64,000 nt of DNA from Vicinamibacterales bacterium (GTDB lineage Bacteria > Acidobacteriota > Vicinamibacteria > Vicinamibacterales > UBA2999): the NCBI GenBank assembly GCA_035711805.1, contig DASTBV010000100.1, forward strand, positions 1,552-65,551, given 5' to 3'. Position 1 is the stretch's first letter, and every line of letters begins with the position of its first letter. Below, one piece after another: positions 15,775-23,898 of the stretch. Both the position numbers and the translations under genes were made by a program. The notes below the pieces were generated by a model, which saw nothing but the letters and a program-made list of their open reading frames with translations, ran no database searches and was not told the DNA's origin.

Positions 15775-17031
15775 GTGCAGACCCTTTTTGCCTGCTCGAC
15801 ATTCGCTCTCGCGGTCACCCTGTCGGTCACACGGCCGCGCTTAGGTGTCCGCCTTCGCATCGGACCGGCGGTCGCCACGACGGCGGGCGCCGCGCTCCTG
15901 CTGGTGTCGAACACCGTCTCACCGGAGGACGTCGCGGCGGTCGGCCGGATGCTCTGGCGGCCACTCCTCACTATTCTCGCCATCATGATCACGACGGCGG
16001 CGGCGGCGCGTGTCGGCGCCATCGATCGCCTGGCCTACCTGGCCTTTGCGCGGACAGCCGGCAGCACCGGGCGGTTGTACGCCGGTGTGTTTCTCCTCGG
16101 CTTTGTCACCGCCGCACTTCTCAATAACGACGCCGCGATCCTGCTGCTGACGCCCCTCGTGCTCACGTTCGTGACAGTGCGCTACCCGGATCAGCCGCGT
16201 CTGCTGCTGGCGTTCGCGTTCGCGGTGTTCATGTCGGCCGGCGTCGCCCCGTTCGTCGTTTCGAATCCAATGAACGTGATCGTCGCCTCCTATGCCGGCC
16301 TCAACTTCAATGCCTATGCGTCGACGATGCTGCCGATCTCGGTGATCGGCTCACTGGTGACGTTCGGGGTGTTGCGCTGGGTGTTCCGCGCTGATCTGGC
16401 GGCGGCGAAGCCAGCAGACGATCGGTCACCCACGCCCGTTGCCACGACCGCACAGCGGCGGATGCTGTGCCTCCTCCTGATCGTGCTTGGCAGCTACCCG
16501 GTGGCGGCGGTCATCAGCGATTCGTCGACGTGGCTCGTCTCATGTCTCGGAGCCGCTGCCGCGCTGTGGGTGGCACATCGTGACGGGACCAGTCCTGCGC
16601 ATCTGCTGCGGCGCGGCATCGCATGGGAAGTCGCGATCTTCCTGCCGGCGATGCTGGTGCTCGCGACCGGGCTGCGAAACGTGGGCCTGGTCGACTACCT
16701 CGCTTCCTGGTATCGGAACGCAAGTGTGGCCCTGCTTGGCGCGACCGCAGCGGTAGGGTCGGCTGTCCTCAACAACCATCCGATGGCGTTGATGAACACG
16801 CTGGCGCTCGATCTACGGCCCGAGGCGGGAACGCGCGAGTTTCTCGCTGTCCTGGTCGGCGGCGACCTTGGGCCGCGGCTGCTCCCCGTCGGATCGCTGG
16901 CCGGTCTGCTGTGGCTTGACTGCTGCCGGCGGCGCGGCGTGGTCGTCGCGCTGCGTCAATTTGTTCGCGTCGGAGTCGTGGCGACCATACCCACGCTCGC
17001 CGTCTCGCTGCTGCTGCTCAGCCTCTGGTAG
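15775..17031 (+). CDS. ArsB/NhaD (CitMHS-like) superfamily permease
   Basis: GTG start. It is polytopic and carries the LLNNDAAILLLTPLVL block typical of this superfamily. It is the last gene of the + strand operon that starts at 11361. Confidence 0.75.
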   Translation: MQTLFACSTFALAVTLSVTRPRLGVRLRIGPAVATTAGAALLLVSNTVSPEDVAAVGRMLWRPLLTILAIMITTAAAARVGAIDRLAYLAFARTAGSTGRLYAGVFLLGFVTAALLNNDAAILLLTPLVLTFVTVRYPDQPRLLLAFAFAVFMSAGVAPFVVSNPMNVIVASYAGLNFNAYASTMLPISVIGSLVTFGVLRWVFRADLAAAKPADDRSPTPVATTAQRRMLCLLLIVLGSYPVAAVISDSSTWLVSCLGAAAALWVAHRDGTSPAHLLRRGIAWEVAIFLPAMLVLATGLRNVGLVDYLASWYRNASVALLGATAAVGSAVLNNHPMALMNTLALDLRPEAGTREFLAVLVGGDLGPRLLPVGSLAGLLWLDCCRRRGVVVALRQFVRVGVVATIPTLAVSLLLLSLW

Positions 17032-19836
17032 AGGACCCGACGCCCACAGGTCCTGCCCCTCCCTGCCGAACAGGTTTCGCTTGCTGATGGCTTCCGTGAG
17101 CGTCGCGGCGGAGGTAATCCGATCGTGATAGCGCACCGCCACGAGCTTCAGCTGCGGCAGGTCATTCTGCAGCGAGTTGACCCACACCGTCTCGACGTAC
17201 ATCAGGTCACCCCCGACGGGCAGCAGCAGCGTGCTGCCGCGCAGCACCTCCGACGCGTGCCGGATCCACATCGTCACCTGCTGGTGCACCGGCCGATCGT
17301 TGTCGACGTAGGCGTCGACCTGTTCGGGGCCCGGGACGAATGTTCCCTGCGGGATTTGCAGGCTGAGTAACCGTCCGTAGCCCTCGGGATCCTGCAGGGC
17401 GACGATCAGCGAGCGGAGGTTGCGCGCTGCCTCGGGCGTGAACGGCATCAGCATCGCGTACTGCAGCTGTCCCGGCCTGCCGATGTCGACGCCCTTCGGC
17501 ATGTCCGCGGGATCGAGCAGCACGTTATATCCCTCGTAGGAGAACGTCATCTGATCGCCCGTGCCGAAGCTGCTCAAGCCGCGGCCGAGCGAACCCAGCG
17601 TTTCATCGGCGTCGTCCCACAGATCCTCCACGTTGTAGAACTGGATCGGGTCGTGCTGGTGATACCGCTTGTAGATATCGTCGAACTGCACGTGGAACCA
17701 TTGCAGCGGGTACGTCAACTGCGCGGCCACCGAAGACGGCATGGCGCTGCGCGGTTCGAACAGCTCCGGATAGACGTGGGCCCAGGTGCGGGCGATCGGA
17801 TCGTCGGCAATCCGGAAGATGCGGACCCGGCCGCTGTATGCGTCGATCGTGATCTTCATCGAATCTTCGGCGTAGTTGATGACGCGTTCTGGAAATCTCT
17901 CGACAGCGCGCTCGTCGGCCTTGTCGCCAAGGACTTCCCGGAAGGAATACGGGTACTGATCGGTGGTCGTCAGGCCGTTGATCATCCAGACCACCCGGCC
18001 GTCCGCCACGAACGCATAGCTGTTGGTGTCGAGGAACAGAAACGGCGCCAGGGCGCGGGCGCGCGACACGGGCGTGCGACGGATGTGCACGCGCGTCGTG
18101 TTCATGTCGATATAGTTCGAGAACAGGAATGCGGTGAAGTCGCGTGTGTAGACGGCAAAGACGACACGCTTGAGCCACGAATCGAGCAGGATGCCGTTCT
18201 GCGCAGCCGCCGGCGCGCTGAACTCCTCGCGCGACTGGGAGGTCGCATAGTCGAACTCGCGCAGCCCGCGCGCGTTGGTCAGGACGTACTCATCCTTCAT
18301 CCCCTCGCCGATATAGATGCGCGGCTCGTGCGTCAACGCCGCGTCGCCGACGTCGGGTGGAACGTTCTTGGCCGCGTAGGTCGGCTCGCCGGTTTCCGTC
18401 ACCTGATGGACCGGACTCATGACCAGTCCCATGCCGTGCGTAAACTGCAGGGCGGAACTGCCCCAGTACTTCAGCCATTCTTTCTGGCCGACCAGTGCCA
18501 GCGATGGCAGCTCACGCACCGCGCTGGCAAACATCCGCTTCTCGCCGTTCACGGTGTAGCGGACGCCGTCGACCGACAGGAAGTCGTAGTACGGGCGGAG
18601 CTGCTGCTGCTGCTTGTAGATCTGCAGCAGCGGACCGAAGACCATCGTCGACTTCGACGTCCTGATCCGTTCGAAATGCTGCACGTCCGGCGGCTGCTCC
18701 AGCGACGAGACCCAGCTTGGGAGCAGCGGCGCGTTCTGCACCGTGCGGCTCGACAGCAGGGCGTCGGCCGTCAGCGGCTTGTCCGGAGGAGTCCATTCGT
18801 GCACTTCGACGCGTTCCAGACGGTATCCACGCCTGGTCGCGTCGATATGGCGGGCAATGAAGTCTCTCTGGATGTGTGGCTCGTTGGGCGTCACGAAAAT
18901 CCACTGGCGGACGATGACCGCGAGGGAGAAGACGACGGGCAGCGCGACCAGAGCCGCGGCCATCCAACAGGTCCGCACGAACGACCACTGCGGGCGGACG
19001 CGGCCGGGTTCCTCGGCAACCGCGCGGTACTCACGATGCAGCCGAAGGAGGGTGACAACGATCAGAACGGTGCCTGCGGTTGCGGCAAACGCCAGCACGT
19101 GAATGCGATTGAGGCTCGAGATGGCGCCGACGACATCCACGTAGGCGGGGCCGGTGCGAACGCCTGTTGCCGCGTTGTCTGTCACCAGCAGGGCGTACCG
19201 CTGCAGGACGATTTCCGCCGTCCGCACGAGTCCGGCCAGCAGCAGCAGAACAGTGACGTACGGAGTGGCGAACGCGCCAATGGTCATGCGCAGCGACAGG
19301 CGCCACACCTGCCGTTGGGAGGTAATCAGCGACGTCCAGCGTGCCGCGCACGCCGCGACGATGCCAAGTGCGAACGCGGACTCCAGCATCGTGAGCGACG
19401 TTCGAACCGCCGGCAGCGTGTACACATACAGCCCGATGTCGTTGCCGAACACCGGATCCGCCTGGCCGAATGGAACGCCGTGCGACGCAAGCAGGAACTG
19501 CTGATACGTGCCGGCCATGACCCATCCAGCGGCGACACCAGCCCACACACCGGTGTTCACCAGGATTCGTTTAGGCAGCCCGCTGATACGGAATATCCAC
19601 ACCGGCAGCACCGTCACCGCCGTGAAAAGAATGAGGCCGGCCGCAAACAGGCCCACCTCCATCTGCAGGTTGGTCCAGAACAGCGCGCGATAACCGAGGC
19701 TCTGATTGAACCAGTACTGCACGAACAAATGCGGCAGCGCGTCGACCGATACGATGACCACGAATACCCAGACCCAGAACGCCAGCGGCGTCCACAACGT
19801 CGAGGGGCGCGGGATCCGCGCCTGCAGGGGGCTCAT
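16813..19836 (-). CDS. UPF0182-family large polytopic membrane protein (paralogue A)
   Basis: 1007 aa. N-terminal multi-TM region (YWFNQSLGYRALFWTN) and a large soluble C-terminal part. It aligns along its length with the gene at 21077..23890. Its ATG overlaps the upstream stop (ATGA). The last ~70 codons overlap the convergent permease gene. Confidence 0.85.
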   Translation of the reverse strand: MSPLQARIPRPSTLWTPLAFWVWVFVVIVSVDALPHLFVQYWFNQSLGYRALFWTNLQMEVGLFAAGLILFTAVTVLPVWIFRISGLPKRILVNTGVWAGVAAGWVMAGTYQQFLLASHGVPFGQADPVFGNDIGLYVYTLPAVRTSLTMLESAFALGIVAACAARWTSLITSQRQVWRLSLRMTIGAFATPYVTVLLLLAGLVRTAEIVLQRYALLVTDNAATGVRTGPAYVDVVGAISSLNRIHVLAFAATAGTVLIVVTLLRLHREYRAVAEEPGRVRPQWSFVRTCWMAAALVALPVVFSLAVIVRQWIFVTPNEPHIQRDFIARHIDATRRGYRLERVEVHEWTPPDKPLTADALLSSRTVQNAPLLPSWVSSLEQPPDVQHFERIRTSKSTMVFGPLLQIYKQQQQLRPYYDFLSVDGVRYTVNGEKRMFASAVRELPSLALVGQKEWLKYWGSSALQFTHGMGLVMSPVHQVTETGEPTYAAKNVPPDVGDAALTHEPRIYIGEGMKDEYVLTNARGLREFDYATSQSREEFSAPAAAQNGILLDSWLKRVVFAVYTRDFTAFLFSNYIDMNTTRVHIRRTPVSRARALAPFLFLDTNSYAFVADGRVVWMINGLTTTDQYPYSFREVLGDKADERAVERFPERVINYAEDSMKITIDAYSGRVRIFRIADDPIARTWAHVYPELFEPRSAMPSSVAAQLTYPLQWFHVQFDDIYKRYHQHDPIQFYNVEDLWDDADETLGSLGRGLSSFGTGDQMTFSYEGYNVLLDPADMPKGVDIGRPGQLQYAMLMPFTPEAARNLRSLIVALQDPEGYGRLLSLQIPQGTFVPGPEQVDAYVDNDRPVHQQVTMWIRHASEVLRGSTLLLPVGGDLMYVETVWVNSLQNDLPQLKLVAVRYHDRITSAATLTEAISKRNLFGREGQDLWASGPLPEAEQQQRDGERGYGRHDSDANKLTQRDDHAAPPAAVKPQQTGQRSDGEQPRPKVAADQDSEKLARSRLGP

Positions 19837-21074
19837 GACCGCTCCGCCTCGACAATCCGGCTGAAGCCGGACTCCACGGGGAGTCCGCCTTCAGGCGGAT
19901 ATCCAGCAGCGACGCGCGACTGCTGGACGAACGCGCGCCACGTTTCGAACGCGCTCGGACAGCGTCCGAGCCAGAGGACGACGATGAAGGTCAGCGCGCT
20001 GATGCCGTTGATGAGCAGCGAATCCAGGAGCGCGACGCTCGTGCCCGCGAGGAACCCTTCGTCGAACACACGGAACATCGCCACGGAGACGACTTCGTAA
20101 ATGCCGATGCTCGCGAACGTAAACGGCAGCACACGCGTCGTGGCCGCAACGGCGATCGCGATTGCAAAGTGGACGAACGGCAGGTCTTTCATGAGGATGT
20201 AGTCGTCGAGCGGGGACGAAAACGCCTGCTTGATGCACCAGTACGCGAGCGTCTCCACCGCAAGCGCCACTACCGAGAGGATCGTCAGCCCGGCCAGCAA
20301 CCCCGGCGTGGCGGAAAACCGCCGCAGCGCCGCTGCGACCTCGCGGCCATTGAACACGCGCCACAGGTAACGAACAGGGCTTCCCGCGGGCGACGCGGCA
20401 TCACCAAGGGGCCGCGTCAAGGACACGACCGCGGCAACCAGAACCAGTGCGAGGCACAGCGGCCACACCGCTCCTTCCCAGCCGAGATACAGCACGCCGG
20501 CAGCCAGCACCAGCACGATGGCCATGAGTTCGAACAGACGGTTATGAAACACGACGGTTGCGGCAGTGTCCGGCGAAACGCCTCCGTCCGTCAGCGCCTG
20601 AGCCGACCCGAGCTCACCCGGTCCGAATGGAAAGAACAGGTTCAAGCCGCGGCCAAAGAAGTAGCCGACGATTGGGCCGCGCGACGGCTGGCCATGAAAG
20701 TGGCGCGCGAGAAAACGCTGGCGGATGCCGCGCAGAAGCAGCGAGACCAGCGCGAACACGATGGCGAGCACGAACGCGGAGCCGCCGAACCGGCGATCGG
20801 ACACGCCGATCAGATCGAGATCGACGTTGAGCCACCCGTCGCCGACATCGGCCACCTTCACGATGCCGAGATCCGCGAGCTCGTCCAGAATGCGGAAGTT
20901 GGCGGCCATCTCCAGCACGCCCGCGCGGAACGCCTGGCCATCCCACGGTGATGGGCCGTCCGCATCCGGCACGAGGATGGTGAAGACAAAGACCATCAGC
21001 AGGATCGCGAACGCGTACGACCAGGCGATGGAGACGCCCAGGTATGTCCCGCCAGTCGAACCTTGGTTGCTCAT
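19833..21074 (-). CDS. polytopic membrane protein, possibly UPF0104/LPG-synthase-TM (flippase-like) family
   Basis: ATG at 21074 (MSNQGSTGG...) inside track ORF 19833..21260. About 8 hydrophobic segments. The family assignment is from general resemblance only. It starts 2 nt after the upstream stop and overlaps the downstream start by 4 nt. Confidence 0.7.
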   Translation of the reverse strand: MSNQGSTGGTYLGVSIAWSYAFAILLMVFVFTILVPDADGPSPWDGQAFRAGVLEMAANFRILDELADLGIVKVADVGDGWLNVDLDLIGVSDRRFGGSAFVLAIVFALVSLLLRGIRQRFLARHFHGQPSRGPIVGYFFGRGLNLFFPFGPGELGSAQALTDGGVSPDTAATVVFHNRLFELMAIVLVLAAGVLYLGWEGAVWPLCLALVLVAAVVSLTRPLGDAASPAGSPVRYLWRVFNGREVAAALRRFSATPGLLAGLTILSVVALAVETLAYWCIKQAFSSPLDDYILMKDLPFVHFAIAIAVAATTRVLPFTFASIGIYEVVSVAMFRVFDEGFLAGTSVALLDSLLINGISALTFIVVLWLGRCPSAFETWRAFVQQSRVAAGYPPEGGLPVESGFSRIVEAERS

Positions 21075-21076
21075 GT

Positions 21077-23890
21077 TTACCGCCCCTTCGCCTGCGCGTC
21101 GTCGAACCACGGCAGCTCGCTGCCGCGCTGCTCGTCCGCCTCGGAGACGCCAAGCTGCCGCAGGGCACTCGCCAGCGTCGTTCCCATCGCCGTGCGGTTG
21201 CGATAGACAACGGACACGAGCTTGATCTGCGGCAGCTCGTTCTGCAGCGACGTGACCCACAGCGGCTCGATGTAGAGCACGTCGCCGCCGACCGGCAGCA
21301 GCAGCGTGTGCCCACGGACAACCTCGGACCCATGCCGAACCCAGAGCGTGATCTGCTGGTTCACCTGGGCGTCGTCATCGATCAGCGTGTCCGCCTGTTC
21401 CGGTCCGGTCAGGAAGACGCCCTGAGGGATGCGCAGATTCAACAGCCGTCCGTACTGACCGCGGTCCTGCAGCGCCACGACCAGCGAACGAAGATTGCGC
21501 GCACCTTCGGGAGTGAACGGCATCACCGTGGCGTACTGGAGCGCACCTGGCGGGCCGAGCCCGGCTGCCGCGGGCACGTCGGCCGGATCGAGCAGCATCT
21601 GATAACCCTCGTACGAAAAGGTCATCTGATCGCCCGTCCCGAACTCGACGAGACCGCGTCCGATGGAGCCGATGACCTCGTCGGCGTCGTCCCACAGGTC
21701 CTCGGCGTTGTAGAACTCGATCGGGTGTGTCTGGTGATACCGCTTGTAGATGTCGTCGAATTGGATGTGGAACCACTGCAACGGATACGTCAGCTGATCT
21801 TCGACCGCTGACGGCATCGCCGAGGCGGCTTCGAACAGTCCGGGATAGACGCGCGCCCAGGCGGCGACAATGGGATCGTCGCGCAGCTGATAGAAATGAA
21901 GCGCCCCTGTATACGCGTCCATCGTGACCTTGACGGAATCTTCCGCGTAGTTGACCCGCCGTTCCGGGAACGTCTCGACCGCGCGCTCGTCCGCCTTGTC
22001 GCCCAGCTGTTCGTGGAACGAGTACGGGTAGGCATCGCTGGTCGTCAGCGCGTTCACCATCCACAGCACCTGGCGGTCCGCCGCAAACGCGAAGACGTTG
22101 CTGTCGAGAAAGAGGAAAGGCGCCACCGTCGAGACCCGCTGCATCGGCGTGCGGAAGACGTGCGCGTGGCTCGTTCGGTAGTCGATGAAGGTCGAGAAGA
22201 GGAACTCGTTCACGTCTCCCGTGTAGAGCGCAAGCACGATGCGCTTGAACCACGAGTCGACGGCAATGCCGGTCTGCTGCGGCGGGTCGTACACGGACTC
22301 ACTGCGGAACTGCGTGGTGGCGTAATCGAGCTCGCGCAGGTGGCGCACGCCGGTCAGAATGTAATCGTCTTTCGCACCCTCGCCGAAGTAGATCCGCGGC
22401 TCGACGTCGAAGGCCGAATGGGTCGACTGCGGCGGCACACTCGCCGACGCGTAGGCCGGCCCGCCTTCCGCACGCATCTCGTTGACCGGGCTCATCACCA
22501 GCCCCAGGCCATGCGTGAGCATCATCGCCGCGCTGCCCCAGTGTGAGAGCCACTGTTTGGGGCCGGCGAATCCGCGTGAGGGCAGCTCGCGCACCGCGCT
22601 GACGAACATCTGCTTCCTGCCGTCCAGCGCATAACGAACGTTGTCCACGGAAATGAACTTGTAGTAGGGGCGCAGTTGCTGCTCCTGCTCGAACACCTGC
22701 AGCATCGGCCCGTACACCATGGTCGATTCACTCGTGCGGATTCGCTCGAAGTGCTGGATGTCCGGAGGCTCCTCGAGCGAGCTGACCCAGCCGGGGAGCA
22801 GCGGCGCGTTGCGCACCGTCGCGCTGGCCATCAGCCGCTCGACACTCAGCGGCCTCTCCGGCGGCCGCCAGTCGACGGTCTCGATCCGATCGAGCCGATA
22901 GCCGCGAGTCGTCGCCGCAATGTGGCGCGCGATATAGGGCACCTGAATAGTCGGTTCGTTCGGGGCGACGAAGACGTGGGTTCGGACAGTGACCGCCAGA
23001 AAGAATGTGAGGTCGACGGCCAGCAGCGTGGCGATGGCGCCGGCGATCGGGCGAACATGAAGACGGCCGGACAGGTGGTAGCGGGCGATCTGCTGCAGGG
23101 CGTAGCCGCCGATGCCCATGATGGCCAGTTCAACGACCGTCGAGGTGTAGATGAAGTTCAACGTCGAAAACAACCCCTCGACGTCGACGTACGACGCACC
23201 GGTCCGAACGCCCGTCAGTCCGTTGTCCTTGACCAGCAGCGCGTAACGCGCAAGGAACGTCTGCGCCACCAGCGACAAGCCGACAACGGTCAGCGCACCG
23301 TTGACCCAGCCGGTGACGAGACGCGTCAGCCTCGACAGCGCGGGTGCTTCTCGATCGGCGAACACGCCGCGTGATTGCAGTTCGTCGAACCTGCCGATGA
23401 GGGCTCCAATACACGCCACGATCCCCCACCATAGAATCGCCAGCCGCGTCGTCTGCACGGCTGGCATGACGAAGACGTAGAAGCCCACGTCCTTGCCGAA
23501 TACCGGATCGACCTCGCCGAACGATCCGCCGTGCCAGGCGAGCAGGTAGTCCTGATAGCGGTCGGCCCACAACCATCCGGCGAACAGGCCTATCCAGATT
23601 CCTGCGTGAAGCGCTCCGCGCCGAAGCGATGGAGATACGGCGTAGGTGCGGAGGGGCCAAACGAACCCCGTGGCGAAGACGATGACGCCGAGGGCGAACA
23701 AGGCCGCCTGGGCCGAAAAGTTCGTCCAGAAGACGGCAGCATGACCGACGCCGTCCATGAACCAGTAGCGGACGATCAGCGGCGGCACAGCGGCAGCGAG
23801 CAGCCACAGGCCCGCGACGTTGATCCAGAAGCGGAGCGAGCGCCACACCCGGTGCGGCGCCGGCACGATCGGCATGTGCGAAGGGGTCAT
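21077..23890 (-). CDS. UPF0182-family large polytopic membrane protein (paralogue B)
   Basis: 937 aa. It has the same architecture as 16813..19836, with long near-identical blocks such as NAPLLPGWVSSLEEPPDIQHFERIRTSESTMVYGP. It starts 8 nt after the RTX-protein stop. Confidence 0.85.
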   Translation of the reverse strand: MTPSHMPIVPAPHRVWRSLRFWINVAGLWLLAAAVPPLIVRYWFMDGVGHAAVFWTNFSAQAALFALGVIVFATGFVWPLRTYAVSPSLRRGALHAGIWIGLFAGWLWADRYQDYLLAWHGGSFGEVDPVFGKDVGFYVFVMPAVQTTRLAILWWGIVACIGALIGRFDELQSRGVFADREAPALSRLTRLVTGWVNGALTVVGLSLVAQTFLARYALLVKDNGLTGVRTGASYVDVEGLFSTLNFIYTSTVVELAIMGIGGYALQQIARYHLSGRLHVRPIAGAIATLLAVDLTFFLAVTVRTHVFVAPNEPTIQVPYIARHIAATTRGYRLDRIETVDWRPPERPLSVERLMASATVRNAPLLPGWVSSLEEPPDIQHFERIRTSESTMVYGPMLQVFEQEQQLRPYYKFISVDNVRYALDGRKQMFVSAVRELPSRGFAGPKQWLSHWGSAAMMLTHGLGLVMSPVNEMRAEGGPAYASASVPPQSTHSAFDVEPRIYFGEGAKDDYILTGVRHLRELDYATTQFRSESVYDPPQQTGIAVDSWFKRIVLALYTGDVNEFLFSTFIDYRTSHAHVFRTPMQRVSTVAPFLFLDSNVFAFAADRQVLWMVNALTTSDAYPYSFHEQLGDKADERAVETFPERRVNYAEDSVKVTMDAYTGALHFYQLRDDPIVAAWARVYPGLFEAASAMPSAVEDQLTYPLQWFHIQFDDIYKRYHQTHPIEFYNAEDLWDDADEVIGSIGRGLVEFGTGDQMTFSYEGYQMLLDPADVPAAAGLGPPGALQYATVMPFTPEGARNLRSLVVALQDRGQYGRLLNLRIPQGVFLTGPEQADTLIDDDAQVNQQITLWVRHGSEVVRGHTLLLPVGGDVLYIEPLWVTSLQNELPQIKLVSVVYRNRTAMGTTLASALRQLGVSEADEQRGSELPWFDDAQAKGR

Positions 23891-23898
23891 TGGCTTTG

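Noticed and set aside
17653-20100. 815-aa ORF on the + strand
   Set aside because: It is antisense to UPF0182 paralogue A and the flippase-like gene. Its composition is low-complexity and Arg-rich, with no motifs.
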